64,000 bases of DNA, from NCBI GenBank assembly GCA_001661245.1, contig KV454013.1, forward strand, positions 1,210,502 through 1,274,501. The letters are read 5' to 3'. The position numbers were made by a program, and so were the translations under genes. Positions 10,978-23,172 of the stretch are shown here, one piece after another. Under the pieces are notes generated by a model, which worked only from the letters and a program-made list of their open reading frames with translations, did not search any database and was not told the DNA's origin. Every line of letters starts with the position of its first letter. Position 1 is the first letter of the stretch. The DNA is from Pachysolen tannophilus NRRL Y-2460 (lineage: Eukaryota).

Positions 10978-13848
10978 ATGGAGACTCTGGATAAGAAGCT
11001 TTTACGTTATTTGCACTCGTCTTTATTATCGTCAGTAACATTTTCGAAATTTCTGAAAGATTTGCCCAATGATACATCCGTTTTCAAACCGTTAATTAAA
11101 CCGGTAGATTTTATATTGAAAGGTTACTTCAATCAAGTGTTATCATTGGATGTATATGAAAGATCAGTTTTTAATTCTGAGAATGTTGATTTGATTATAG
11201 GGAATTTTGGTAATTATAATGATTTGAATGAATTTTGTAATGATTTGATTAAGGAGATTTCATCAAACCTTGAGGAGATAGAATCAGAATTATATTTGAA
11301 TTACATATTAATCTTGGCGGTAGTATTCTTACAGATGTTTATTCAGTTGAATTTCACTGGACCTTCTATAAAAATTGATTTAAGGAACTTTAATAAGATA
11401 ATCAACAAGGAAAATGATTGTAGGTTGATATCATTGTTATCATCTTTGGGACAACCTGCATATAGTTTAATAGAATGCCCAATCTTGATTGTATTATCGA
11501 TTAAACTATTAGAATTTTTGAATAAATCACCATTTTCGTTGTTGGATCATAGCGGTGTTGATTTTAAAGATACAGAGTCGCTATTGGCTAAATCAAACAT
11601 AGAACAAAATTTGGATAAAGAAAATGATATCTTTTTGGCCTCAGTTCAGTGGTGGAGATCAAGACTGTTACAAGTACAGATTTCATTAATACCAGAACCA
11701 ACATCAACGTTAACCTCGTTTGCAACTTTGTTGTTAAACCCTTCTGTCGTCAGCACGTTGACTAATGCTAACCCACCTGATTTGGCCAAGAAATTATTGA
11801 TCATATACTATCTTGAAATTGCAAGAAATGGGTTAAATACTTTAACAGAAGCTTTGGCAATTCCTGCTTTAGCTAAGGCTAAAAAAATTTCAGGTTTGAA
11901 CCTTGTCTTGACTGGTTGTAAAGCCAAGAGAACTAAATTTCAAGAACGGGCTATTGCCAGTTTGATAATATTAGCAAATAACGAATCTTTTGATTTTAAT
12001 GATGAAGAACTAAGTGCTGAAAATCCAGAAAGTTTCCAGTTAGAAAATGATAGTGTATTATTAGAAAAACCTATTTATGAATTAGTTGGAGAGGAAATAG
12101 GAGAATTAACTGGGCAGATTGAATTTAAGAGAATAAAATTGGATTATAGTAATTTACCTATGCTGGAAGAAAATGAGGATACAAAGCTTTTACCAATTGC
12201 TATTAAAGAAAGTTTAATTCCAGAATCATTGAAGAATTTGGATCCAAATAATCAACCGAGATTAAACGATTTGGATATGATCCAATTATTTTTAAGATTG
12301 GTGGCATTGAGACAAACATCACCTTCAAATTCTTCATTAGTTGAAGAAGAATTAATGGCTTTAGTTGGAAGGATCCTTTATAGTCCGGATGGATCAGTAA
12401 ATTGGTCAATTTTTTCTAAAGCACTTTGGGAAAGATCAATTTTAGAAACAAACAGAACTAAGACAGTGGAAAGAGGTGTTTTACAAATGCAATCCTTAGT
12501 TGAAGAATTAGGTGTATTACATGTAAAAAGTAGAATATTTTCAGAAACGGAAGACCAAAAAGCTTCAGAGGTTATTTCTTTTGACATGGCAAAACCATTA
12601 CCATCATCAACAAGATTAAGATATATCCATCAGTTACCTTTATTACCTCGTTGGGCAATGGATGCCAAGTTAGCTGAAAAATTCATGTCATTAGGTGTTC
12701 TTAAATCAGCTCTTGAAATATATGAACGTCTTGAAATGTGGAATGAAGCAGCATTATGTTATGCTTCTGTTGGTGATGAGGCTGCTGCTTTGAAAATTTT
12801 ACAACAAAAATTATCTGAGAATCCAAATGATGCAAGATCATGGAGTATCATGGGTGATATACAACAGAATCCCTCTTTTTGGATAAAAAGTTGGGAAATT
12901 GGAAATTATCCAAATGCTAAGAATTCTTTAGCTAAATATTATTATAACCCTCCAAAGAGCTCTGGCTTGCAAAGGAATTTACCAGAGGCCATTAAACACC
13001 AATATGACTCTCTCACTATAAATCCGTTATCATTTCAAAGCTGGTATTTCTATGGGTGTCTAGGTTTGGAAGCTAAAAACTTTGAATTAGCTGCAGAAGC
13101 ATTTACAAGATGTGTCTCAATAGATGATGAAAGTCCGCATGCTTGGAGCAATTTGGCTTCCTCGTTATTACAATTAGACAAATTAAGACCTGCATTCAAC
13201 GCATATCAAAAGGCTGTCAGAGTTGGTCATGATAAAAGCAGTAAGTCATGGAGAATATGGGAAAATTACTTAATTGTAGCTTGTAAATTAAAAGAATGGG
13301 ACCAAGTATTGTTGGCTTCCAGAGAATTATTACAATTGACATCAGCATCAAAAGGTGAAGCGGCCATTGATCTTCCAATTGTTGAAAAGCTAGTTGACGT
13401 ATTGTTATCTACAGAATACGATGAAGATAATTTGACTTTTTTCCAAAAATCTTGCATTGACTACTTGTGTACTCAACTTCCTTCAATTATTAATTCATCG
13501 CCTAGGTGTTGGAGAGTAATATCCAGAGTTGAATTATGGAGAAAAAAACCATGGCTAGCTTTAGAATGTCATGAAAAAGCGTACAGGGCTTCGGCTAATA
13601 ATCCAAACTTAGAAGTTGACGAGGCAATTTGGAATGAAACAGTTGAGGCCTGTTCCGATTTAGTCGCTGTTTATGAATCCTTGGGAGAATTACCGGGCAA
13701 GCACAATGCTGGTGATGTAATTTGTAAAGATTGGAAATATAAAGCCAAGTCTACAGTAAGATCGTTATTGTCGAAAGGTAAAAGTTCTTGGGAAGGAACA
13801 AAAGGGTGGGATACATTGCAAAATCTAAAGTCACAATTAATGAATTAG
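10978..13848 (+). CDS. EMW1: Emw1/TTC27 TPR protein
   Basis: LTGCKAKRTKFQ, RTKTVERGVLQMQSLVEE, C-terminal TPRs, CKDWKYKAKS; ATG at 10978. Confidence 0.88.
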   Translation: METLDKKLLRYLHSSLLSSVTFSKFLKDLPNDTSVFKPLIKPVDFILKGYFNQVLSLDVYERSVFNSENVDLIIGNFGNYNDLNEFCNDLIKEISSNLEEIESELYLNYILILAVVFLQMFIQLNFTGPSIKIDLRNFNKIINKENDCRLISLLSSLGQPAYSLIECPILIVLSIKLLEFLNKSPFSLLDHSGVDFKDTESLLAKSNIEQNLDKENDIFLASVQWWRSRLLQVQISLIPEPTSTLTSFATLLLNPSVVSTLTNANPPDLAKKLLIIYYLEIARNGLNTLTEALAIPALAKAKKISGLNLVLTGCKAKRTKFQERAIASLIILANNESFDFNDEELSAENPESFQLENDSVLLEKPIYELVGEEIGELTGQIEFKRIKLDYSNLPMLEENEDTKLLPIAIKESLIPESLKNLDPNNQPRLNDLDMIQLFLRLVALRQTSPSNSSLVEEELMALVGRILYSPDGSVNWSIFSKALWERSILETNRTKTVERGVLQMQSLVEELGVLHVKSRIFSETEDQKASEVISFDMAKPLPSSTRLRYIHQLPLLPRWAMDAKLAEKFMSLGVLKSALEIYERLEMWNEAALCYASVGDEAAALKILQQKLSENPNDARSWSIMGDIQQNPSFWIKSWEIGNYPNAKNSLAKYYYNPPKSSGLQRNLPEAIKHQYDSLTINPLSFQSWYFYGCLGLEAKNFELAAEAFTRCVSIDDESPHAWSNLASSLLQLDKLRPAFNAYQKAVRVGHDKSSKSWRIWENYLIVACKLKEWDQVLLASRELLQLTSASKGEAAIDLPIVEKLVDVLLSTEYDEDNLTFFQKSCIDYLCTQLPSIINSSPRCWRVISRVELWRKKPWLALECHEKAYRASANNPNLEVDEAIWNETVEACSDLVAVYESLGELPGKHNAGDVICKDWKYKAKSTVRSLLSKGKSSWEGTKGWDTLQNLKSQLMN

Positions 13849-13995
13849 TTTGCCATTTCTGTATATTTTCTAAAATCTCCTTGTAATTGCAATTTACTTA
13901 TATAGATAGCATAAACTAAAAAAATAAAATAATGAAAAGTAATAGAAGATATTAAAAAAAGCATAAAAGTTGATTCCTTTTCTTTTTTTTTTTTT

Positions 13996-14339
13996 NNNNN
14001 NNNNNNNNNNNNNNNNNNNNNNNNNNNNNNNNNNNNNNNNNNNNNNNNNNNNNNNNNNNNNNNNNNNNNNNNNNNNNNNNNNNNNNNNNNNNNNNNNNNN
14101 NNNNNNNNNNNNNNNNNNNNNNNNNNNNNNNNNNNNNNNNNNNNNNNNNNNNNNNNNNNNNNNNNNNNNNNNNNNNNNNNNNNNNNNNNNNNNNNNNNNN
14201 NNNNNNNNNNNNNNNNNNNNNNNNNNNNNNNNNNNNNNNNNNNNNNNNNNNNNNNNNNNNNNNNNNNNNNNNNNNNNNNNNNNNNNNNNNNNNNNNNNNN
14301 NNNNNNNNNNNNNNNNNNNNNNNNNNNNNNNNNNNNNNN
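13996..14339. other. Assembly gap with duplicated flank (14340-~14650 repeats 13685-13995)
   Basis: The EMW1 3' end and terminator recur on both sides of the gap. Confidence 0.95.
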
Positions 14340-14687
14340 GAGAATTACCGGGCAAGCACAATGCTGGTGATGTAATTTGTAAAGATTGGAAATATAAAGC
14401 CAAGTCTACAGTAAGATCGTTATTGTCGAAAGGTAAAAGTTCTTGGGAAGGAACAAAAGGGTGGGATACATTGCAAAATCTAAAGTCACAATTAATGAAT
14501 TAGTTTGCCATTTCTGTATATTTTCTAAAATCTCCTTGTAATTGCAATTTACTTATATAGATAGCATAAACTAAAAAATAAAATAATGAAAAGTAATAGA
14601 AGATATTAAAAAAAGCATAAAAGTTGATTCCTTTTTCTTTTTTTTTTTTTTTTTTTTTTTTGGCCTATTATTATACAATCAACTTTA

Positions 14688-15825
14688 TTAAGAATCTACG
14701 ATGTTAATCGCTCCAGAATCCTGTACGCTTACGTTATCGTCAGTATCAGCATTAAATCCCTTTGAAGTAAACTCAGTGGCATTATTCTTTGCAAATTGAT
14801 TGAAATTGAAAAAAATTGGTGTTTCCTGATCGTAATCTAGTTCTTGATTACTTCTAACATTTATGTTTTTTTCATCTGAAACAATATTCAATGGAATTAA
14901 AGTTGTAATACTTTTTCTTAAATTCGTAAGCCAGCAATTCTTAATTGATTTTGGTAAGAATGTGGAATTTTCAACCAAATAATCAATGGCTGCTATTATA
15001 TTATGGAAAGAATATCTTGTTGCTTCTGAAGTTTCTAGCCTCAAACACCAAGTCAAAGTATAGAGCGCTAAAGAATAACCATTTTTAAATTTAAAACACT
15101 CTTTTCCCAAGACTAAAAAGTTCAAAATATCCAAGTGACTAGCAGCAACTAACATTGGAGTTTCCAAGTAATTTATCAAAGGAATTATAGCGTCAGAAAA
15201 TTGTGAATCTGGTAAGATTTCAATTGATAAATAATGACTCAAGTTCAACAAAGAGTATAATGAAAAGGGTAAGATTTTTAATAGATTAACTGGTGTTGAA
15301 AGCCACAAGAGAGAAAACATCAATAAATGGGCATTCTCAGATTTCAAAATCTCGGACAAAGGAATCTTGGTTAAAGTGGTAGAATTGTTTGCAACTTCTT
15401 CGTTTCCTTGTTTCTCCTCCATTCCCTCTTTATTATTACTAAATGACATTTGTAAAATTAAAGAGTATCTACGGTATAAAACCACAGAATAAGTGAAAAC
15501 TGCACCTAGATCAGCAGCCTTATACCAAAAAGAATTTGGGTTGTTTCCCTTTTTTTTAGCATCCACAATGCAACCTAAATAAAATAAAGTTGATATCAAG
15601 GTCACAGAATGTGAAAATACCCAAATATACTGAAGTGAATCCTATTTTGTTTTAATTTGTTTTTTTTTCACATAAACATTTTTAGTTAATATCTTAATCT
15701 TAATTTTTGTCTTTTTTTTTTTTTTTGTTCACTTTATTACTTACAGCTAGAATTGGAGAAAAATTTTTCTTAAACTGTTGATAATAACCTAAAGATTGTT
15801 CCAATATTGGCAAGATACTTTTCAT
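14688..15825 (-). CDS. Pom33/Per33 (TMEM33)-family membrane protein, 2 exons (15825-15745, 15641-14688)
   Basis: Intron 15744-15642 (GTAAGT...TATTAAC...TAG) gives MKSILP...PILA|DSLQYIWVFSHSVTL; motifs ILKSENAHLL and KILPFSLYSLLN. Confidence 0.7.
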
Positions 15826-16779
15826 CTTTTCTTTTTTTTATTATTTTAACTATTCTGAAATCTTTTAAATAGAACAAAATTAAACAGTTTTTTCTTAAAG
15901 CTCTCTGAATTAGCAAAGTCTTATAAAAACTTAAACTTTAGCAAACTGATTGATTTCAATAAGTATGTTTCTAACGAAAAAATAATATATATATATACAT
16001 ATATATATATCGTAATTATAGATCAAAATATACTACAACCGAATGAATAAAGCAAGAAAGCAAGAAAAAAAAAAAAAAAGAGACAAATTTGCTTTAAAAT
16101 CTACACCAACAAGCAATGATAGCAATGAGTCCAAAGTGTTTAAAAAAGCTAATATGATCTTTTTTGTGATTATGCTTATTGAATGTGAATTGTCTTTGTG
16201 TATCTTTCTTTCTTTATGTCTTGTTAAGTTAAAAAAAGAGAAAGAATTTGAGCCTCACATCAAGTGAATGCATAAACTTGCATATAATCTTTAATACCTC
16301 TTTTTAGATTTATGTCCACTTCTATTAACAAAATTTCAAGGGTTTTTTTTTCTTTTTGTCCGCTTAAGTTTTTTAGGTTAATCGACAAAGAATAAGATAA
16401 GAAAGGGTCTAGTAAGATTACTTAACTTTATAAGGCTGCTTAATTAAATGCAATAAATAATATATGTATGTATGTGTGTATAGACAAAACTATTCGTAAT
16501 GAAAAGATAAGAACATATATATGGACGGAATTAATTTTTCATCTTGTGATTATTTCAGTTCATGTTATTAACAAAAGAAAGTTTGGGCTTTACCTTAATT
16601 CCGTTTATATCGAATGACATATCTTTTATTGAAGATGATTCTATTTTCTTACTAAATTGGGTCTAGTCAACCTAAAAAAAAAATTTTTTTTCTTATTGTT
16701 CATTTATCAATAACATCCAAGCGGAAAATCCTCCCGACAGAAAAGATAAATTGCATGCATATTTCTACAAACGGGCATT

Positions 16780-16847
16780 TTTTTCCATTTTTCCAAATTT
16801 TTCAAATTTTCAAATTTTCAAATTTTCAGATTTTCAGATTTTCAGAT
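16780..16847 (+). repeat. 9-bp tandem repeat (TTTTCAAAT/TTTTCAGAT) upstream of phosphatase gene
   Basis: About 7 degenerate copies. Confidence 0.8.
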
Positions 16848-16955
16848 TATAATGGGTTTAACCTAATTGATATAAAAGGTTCTAAAGTTGCAGTCATATT
16901 TAGTAAAATGTTTCTTTTAGCATTATTAAGATTTGTAGGAGATTTTTTTTTGGAG

Positions 16956-18524
16956 ATGAAGTTTTTACAATTGAGTATTTTAACCTTGGTTGCCAATACT
17001 TTGGTTGCCTTTGCAGATTCAGATTCAAATTTAAATTTAGATTCTGAATATTCTTGTGTTGGAACATTTATATTTGGTAGACATAATGATAGAAATGTTA
17101 AACCTGCTACTTTATTAACTACTTTAGGTCAAGAAAATCAATATAAAAGTGGTCAATTTTATAGAGAAAGATATTTTGGTTTAGATTCAGATAATAATGA
17201 TATTGATTCTGATTATGCAATTAGTGGACTTAACAATCAAGGTGCTTATATTGGAGGTCAATTTTATGGTCAAGTAACTAGTGATAGTGTTTTATTATTT
17301 TCTCATGTATCTTTTTTACAAGGTTTATACCCTCCAACAACTGTTGATGATACAAATACCACATTAGCAGATGAAACTTTATCTATCTTGGCCAATGGTT
17401 CAACAGTTGAAGGTCCTTTAAATGGTTATCAATATGTTCAAACTTATGTTCAAGAAGCAGAAACTCCTAATTATATATGGATTAAAGGTGATGTTGATTG
17501 TACTTCACTGAATGATGCTATTGATGATTACCTTGCTTCAGATGATTTTAAACTGATTAATGAATCCACATTAGATTATTATCAATCTTTAAGATCCTTG
17601 ATTCCAGAAGATGCTTTTTCCACTGATGAATTAAATTTTGGGAATGCAATGAGTATATTTGATTATATGAATGTTTATTCAATTCATAATGCAACTTTAT
17701 CAGCACTTTGGAATGAAACTCTTTTATATAGAGTCAGAGTATTAGCTGATGAATATAATTGGGCTGTTAATGTTGGAGATTCTGATAATTTATCAAATTT
17801 AACACTTGGTGGTCAAACTTTAGCTGGTGCAATTGTAAAATACTTGAATGTTACAAAAGAAGAAAGTACACCATATATCAATTATTTTACTGGATCTTAT
17901 AATACAATGTTTCAAATTGCAGGAGTTCTTGAATTAAATGAGGCCTCTGTTAATTTTACAGGAATGCCTGAATACGGAGCTACATTGGTATTTGACTTGT
18001 TAAAAGATACAAATGATAGTTATTACGTACAATTCTCATTTAGAAATGGTACAGCTGATTCAGTCCCATTAACAGTATACCCGTTATTCGGAGGCAGCGA
18101 CACAATCCTATCCTGGGAAGATTTTGTCAGCAAGATGGAAGCCGTATCTATTAGTTCATTGGACAAATGGTGTGAAAAATGTTCCGCTACACTTGACATG
18201 TGCATACCTTATAGCACCAATTATGAAGACGCAGAAAAATTAACTTCAAAAGGTGTTTCCCTATCAGAAATACTCCTGGGAAATTACTCTACTCTAGACA
18301 TCTCTTCTGCTACAGAAAATACAGGCCTAACTCTAGCCGATGCAGGAGGTATAGGTGCAGGTGTTACCATTGGTGTTTTCTTGATCTTGGCAGCTTTAGC
18401 TTTCCTGTTCTACAAGTTATATCTCTCAAAAAAATCAAAAAGACAAATTACAAGTACCTTACCGGTAGCAGAGAAACGTCACTCAAACACCTCATCTAGC
18501 CAAGGAAGTGGTCCTACAGTCTAG
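16956..18524 (+). CDS. Histidine acid phosphatase-superfamily type-I membrane protein
   Basis: Signal peptide MKFLQLSILTLVANTLVAFA from ATG 16956; RHNDR (variant of RHGxR); many N-glycosylation sites; TM helix AGGIGAGVTIGVFLILAAL. Confidence 0.75.
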   Translation: MKFLQLSILTLVANTLVAFADSDSNLNLDSEYSCVGTFIFGRHNDRNVKPATLLTTLGQENQYKSGQFYRERYFGLDSDNNDIDSDYAISGLNNQGAYIGGQFYGQVTSDSVLLFSHVSFLQGLYPPTTVDDTNTTLADETLSILANGSTVEGPLNGYQYVQTYVQEAETPNYIWIKGDVDCTSLNDAIDDYLASDDFKLINESTLDYYQSLRSLIPEDAFSTDELNFGNAMSIFDYMNVYSIHNATLSALWNETLLYRVRVLADEYNWAVNVGDSDNLSNLTLGGQTLAGAIVKYLNVTKEESTPYINYFTGSYNTMFQIAGVLELNEASVNFTGMPEYGATLVFDLLKDTNDSYYVQFSFRNGTADSVPLTVYPLFGGSDTILSWEDFVSKMEAVSISSLDKWCEKCSATLDMCIPYSTNYEDAEKLTSKGVSLSEILLGNYSTLDISSATENTGLTLADAGGIGAGVTIGVFLILAALAFLFYKLYLSKKSKRQITSTLPVAEKRHSNTSSSQGSGPTV

Positions 18525-18941
18525 TAAAATATCTAGATAAATTAAATAACTTAAATAATTTAAATAATTTAAATAAATAGAGAAACAAGGTACTTTTTAT
18601 ACTTTTTAAATTTATATACGAAAAAAGATGACGACGATGACGATGACGATGATGTAGCCAATTTGCTGGCACGTGTTCTGCCAGTTGCGCAAAGAAAATT
18701 TTTTTTTTCTGAAAAAAATGAAAACAAAACAACACAACTTTATAAATGTTGTATTTCTCAAACAAACAAACAAACAAACAAATAAATATATAGATAAATA
18801 AATATATATATAATTATTTATATATTAGTTGAATAGAAGAAGAGATCTTTGTGGTTTTATAGCTAGAGAGAGCTTTTTTGGATTGATATAGATGTATGCT
18901 TGTGTTTTATTCTTACTAACGTTTATTGGGTCTAAAGCGCA

Positions 18942-21900
18942 ATGTCTGCAGATAGTAATATAATAGGAAAACAGAGACTGGGGTCCGAAGATGAGCGGCA
19001 CGTTTACGTTGAGGATGGGGAGGAAATCAATAATAATAATAATATTAATAGTAATAGTAATAACAGTAATAGTAATAGTAATAGTAATGGGTGCTATGTG
19101 CAGAGGCCACACAAGCATCACCACCATCATTTGGCGGGAAGGAAAGCGGCAAAGTCGTTCAAACTTTTTGGAGGCGATAGTTTAAATGCTGGATCATTAT
19201 CTGAATTCAAGAAAAGTTCTTCCAAGGATAGTGGAAGGAAGCTTAGTTTTAGTGCGACAACAGCCAATGGCGTTAGCAATGGCAATGCGAATAGCAATGG
19301 CAATTCCAATGTCAAGGTTGGAATAGCGGGCGGGAGAGTGAATAAACCGAATGGGTTTCTTTCTCCATCGAGTTCACCCAATTTATCGTCATCGCCGAAT
19401 TCGTTATCATTTTCACCAACTATATATGATAAAAATGAAAAAGAGCATTTTATATTCGGACAATCAAAGTTAAAAATACCACAACATCATTTTAGGCCTG
19501 TATCATCAAGTAATAGAAGGCCATCATCTTCGAGATCATCAACGTATAGGCAACAACAAAGAGCGTCTATAGCAGGTACTACTGGTAGTACTGTCAGTAC
19601 GACTGTTTCAACCAACAACAATGGGTTTTCTACAAACTCGTTATTGGAATCTCCAATTTCTCACAAGAATATAAATATCAAGTCAAAGAGTGGTGCTGGT
19701 AGTGGTGTTTCTGCTGCTTCTGCTGCTGCTGATGATGATAACGATGACGATGATAATGGTAATGATGACGATGACTCTTGCTCGTCGTTGGTGGCTGCAT
19801 CCACTTCAGTAGCAAATATATCGAGATCTTTGCCTCAATTGGAACCTGTGTCTTCTGCTACGTATTTCCCACATTTTTCTGGAGATTCATTATTGATAAA
19901 AGCCGAACACTTGACTGCGGAAGCAGAGTTTGATCATCTCGAAGATGATGTTAATGATAATGATAACGATAATGATTTGCTGTCGTCACTTGGGAAAACT
20001 AATACCAAGAATTCTGGTTATTATGTATCCCCAACATTAAAATCCATTTCAGAGGATACAAATGTAATAGATGATGTCAATGATTTAAAATCTGGTACAA
20101 CAAAAAAAGAAGTTGTTACAACAAGAGAAGTAGGCGAAGTACAACGAGATTTGAATAATTATTATTCTCGTAATAATAGTATAGATCAAGCAAACTTGCA
20201 GCAAGGTATTTCACAAGAATATGATTTTTTAAATGATCAATACGATACAGAAAGAGAAGAAATAGGTGAATATCCTTTAGCAGTAGAGTTGAAACCTTTT
20301 AAAAATAAAGTTGGAGGACATACTGCCATCTTTAGATTTTCTCAAAGAGCCGTTTGTAAAGCCTCAGATATAAAAGAAAACGAATGGTATGAAGCAATGG
20401 AAACAGATCATCATGATTTGACTAGATTTATGCCTCGTTACCTCGGAGTTTTAAATGTTAGATATAGTACTTTAGTTGATGAAGGTGAAGATGATCTTAA
20501 TGAAGAAATGGAAGATTTATCCGTTAAAGATGTGGGCACAAAATCAGCTCCTGGATCATCAAAATTGAAACCAGTCGAAACAAAAGATATCGAATTACCT
20601 CCAGAAGTTGTACTAGATGATAATAAACATATAATACCACATTCTTTGTGGAATAAATATTCCTCGTCTGCTCCATCACCAAGAAATTCATTTTCTTATT
20701 CGCCGAATCATGAAATCGATCCCAAGACTCCTTATGAAAGTAATAGCTCGTCTCCAACTGCAGTTAATGAGAATTTGAGTTATCCTCAAATACAGCAACA
20801 AAGACAAGAATCATTGGGATTTACTAGGGTTAATACAAAACTCCAAGAAATGGTTTTAACCGAAGTTTTCCAACCTATTAGAGATCATGCAAATGAATTA
20901 AAAAAGACCGCTAATATGAATTCGAGATCAAGAGAATTAAGAAGAACTTCAACAAATTTGGTTTCAGAAGAAAAATCGAACAGTAATGGTATGGATAATA
21001 CTGGTGATAATAATAACGATGCCACTCGGAGACAAAGAAACCATAGATTTAGTTTATCTTCAGCTTCTCCTGGTACTAATGACAGTCTGTCTCGTAATAA
21101 AAGTATTCAATCTTTGGATTCAAATATGTTATCCACTTCTGTTAAAGAAGCCTTACTCAAACAAAATTCGTTGTTGGATTTAAAAGGTCTTAATGAAGTA
21201 GGAAATAATAGGGATTTCCCTTCAAGAGAAAAATTCATATCAGATGTTAAATTAATTACTGGGTTAGATAAGTCTCCTTCGTTAAATAGAGCTGATAGTG
21301 ATTCGATTTTTCTTATGGATGATGAAGAAAATAATGAAAATTCCAAAAGACAACAAAGAAAAGCATCCTATTCTTTGTCTTCTATAAGACTGAGTAAAGA
21401 TTGTGGTGATGAAAATGCAATTTATGAAGATGGAGACGAAGGGTATTATTCGGACCCTGATTCTAATACTAGAAGATCAAGTCATTCTTCAGAAACCTAT
21501 GAACAAAGAAGAAAACAGCAGCAGCAACAACAACAGCAACATCCACCACAACTTCAAGTATACAAATCACCATCTTTTGCTCCACATCACAAGAAAAATT
21601 TGGTGAAGCATACTAGGTTTGAAAGATTTATATTATTGGAAGATTTAACATCTGGAATGAAAAATCCTTGTGTCTTGGATTTAAAAATGGGCACTAGACA
21701 ATATGGGGTTGAAGCAAAACCTTCCAAGAAAATGTCACAAAGGAAAAAATGCGCTCAAACTACTAGCAGGAAATTGGGAGTTAGAATTTGTGGTATGCAA
21801 GTTTACGATTTATCAACAGAGAGTTTTATATGCAGGGATAAGTATTTTGGTAGAAATGTTAAGGCAGGAGAAGATTTTGCTAGATGTTTGTCAAGATTTT

Positions 21901-22505
21901 TGTATGATGGATTAAAGATTTATAGTGTTGTACGCCATATACCAAAGTTAATTTCATCGTTAGAAGAATTATCAAGTATGTTTGAGAAGTTAAAAAGTTA
22001 CAGAATGTATGGATCGTCGTTGTTACTAATGTACGATGCTTCTCCAAATATTTATAATCGAAAATTGTCGTCAACAGCACCTACAACAACTACTTCATCT
22101 TCTTCAAATACGGAGAAATCTACAACTTCGGCTGAATTAGAGAAAGGTGAATTACTAATTCGTATTATTGATTTTGCAAGATCTATAGTTGGTGGTAAAC
22201 CGTTACCAAGTACAACCACTTTTCCTCCAAAGCACCCAGATGCGCCAGACGTTGGATATTTGAGAGGCCTATATTCTTTAAAATTTTACATGAAACAGAT
22301 CTGGCATGCATTGACAGGTTTTGCTTATGTTGATTCTGAAACCAGCTACAAGATTTTGAATTTAGACACTAGTCCCATCAAAGATGTATTGTTAAGTAAA
22401 TGTGAGTGGTTAGACAGGTTTGATGAAGATTTACGATGTGAAAATTTTGGTCTTCATTTTGAAAAATATCCAGATTTTGGTAATTATGAAAATGTTTCTG
22501 AATAA
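18942..22505 (+). CDS. KCS1: Inositol hexakisphosphate kinase
   Basis: [55 protein letters not shown]. Confidence 0.93.
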   Translation: MSADSNIIGKQRLGSEDERHVYVEDGEEINNNNNINSNSNNSNSNSNSNGCYVQRPHKHHHHHLAGRKAAKSFKLFGGDSLNAGSLSEFKKSSSKDSGRKLSFSATTANGVSNGNANSNGNSNVKVGIAGGRVNKPNGFLSPSSSPNLSSSPNSLSFSPTIYDKNEKEHFIFGQSKLKIPQHHFRPVSSSNRRPSSSRSSTYRQQQRASIAGTTGSTVSTTVSTNNNGFSTNSLLESPISHKNINIKSKSGAGSGVSAASAAADDDNDDDDNGNDDDDSCSSLVAASTSVANISRSLPQLEPVSSATYFPHFSGDSLLIKAEHLTAEAEFDHLEDDVNDNDNDNDLLSSLGKTNTKNSGYYVSPTLKSISEDTNVIDDVNDLKSGTTKKEVVTTREVGEVQRDLNNYYSRNNSIDQANLQQGISQEYDFLNDQYDTEREEIGEYPLAVELKPFKNKVGGHTAIFRFSQRAVCKASDIKENEWYEAMETDHHDLTRFMPRYLGVLNVRYSTLVDEGEDDLNEEMEDLSVKDVGTKSAPGSSKLKPVETKDIELPPEVVLDDNKHIIPHSLWNKYSSSAPSPRNSFSYSPNHEIDPKTPYESNSSSPTAVNENLSYPQIQQQRQESLGFTRVNTKLQEMVLTEVFQPIRDHANELKKTANMNSRSRELRRTSTNLVSEEKSNSNGMDNTGDNNNDATRRQRNHRFSLSSASPGTNDSLSRNKSIQSLDSNMLSTSVKEALLKQNSLLDLKGLNEVGNNRDFPSREKFISDVKLITGLDKSPSLNRADSDSIFLMDDEENNENSKRQQRKASYSLSSIRLSKDCGDENAIYEDGDEGYYSDPDSNTRRSSHSSETYEQRRKQQQQQQQQHPPQLQVYKSPSFAPHHKKNLVKHTRFERFILLEDLTSGMKNPCVLDLKMGTRQYGVEAKPSKKMSQRKKCAQTTSRKLGVRICGMQVYDLSTESFICRDKYFGRNVKAGEDFARCLSRFLYDGLKIYSVVRHIPKLISSLEELSSMFEKLKSYRMYGSSLLLMYDASPNIYNRKLSSTAPTTTTSSSSNTEKSTTSAELEKGELLIRIIDFARSIVGGKPLPSTTTFPPKHPDAPDVGYLRGLYSLKFYMKQIWHALTGFAYVDSETSYKILNLDTSPIKDVLLSKCEWLDRFDEDLRCENFGLHFEKYPDFGNYENVSE

Positions 22506-23172
22506 ATATTTCAGGTTTAATTTTTTTATTATTTTTTATTTTAATTATTATTTTTTTTTATCTAACTTATTTGGGATTTTACGATTTTCAGCTTTTTGTT
22601 TACGATTGGATTTTTTTTTGATTTTGTAAATGGGGGTTTTTAGAGACTTTTGCGTGGGTGAAGTGAAGGATAGCCAAAAAAAAAAAAAAAAAAAAAAAAA
22701 AAACAAATTCGTTGAATTCATTCATATTTTTGGTCTTATGCTGGATTTTTTTTTTTATTTTTTCTTCTTCTTCTTTTTTTTACTGATTTTTTCTATGTAT
22801 TATATGACCGAGCTTTCCAATTTATTTTATTTATTTTCTCTAATTAACATTTCAAATTTTTGTCATTTTATTTTTTATTTTATTTTCAACTTTGATCCAA
22901 AATGAAAACAAAGCAGCCGCACACCAAGCGACGAGCTATAATCATGCATATAATTTTTAAAGAACCACAAAGTCTAAATAAAAATAAAATTTGATTTTGA
23001 AAATCTGGGAAAAGATTTCTCTTGACACAAATATGGAAGACAAGAAGATTCTGGTGTAGTTAATGCGATGGATGGCCCAAGCAATGGAGAAGGGGTTGTC
23101 TTTTATGTAAATTAATTCTTTATACTTATACTTACTACTAAAGGTTTATCTCCCAAAAAAAAGCCATTGAAA

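Noticed and set aside
14340..14650. Second copy of the EMW1 3' end as a partial gene duplication
   Set aside because: It repeats the sequence just before the gap, ending at a poly-T; typical unmerged contig overlap.
16043..16267. 74-aa intergenic ORF (also 22630-22905, 31407-31598, 44047-44274)
   Set aside because: Homopolymer- or microsatellite-derived composition with no recognisable motif.
18894..18937. Possible 5' UTR intron of KCS1 (GTATGC...TACTAAC...AAG)
   Set aside because: Only 44 nt with 20 nt from donor to branch point, and the donor differs from the GTAAGT used elsewhere; unsupported without RNA data.
23033..23143. Upstream exon/intron for the Rho-like gene
   Set aside because: No upstream ATG splices in frame through the GTAAAT...AAG candidate, and the intron would be only 37 nt.
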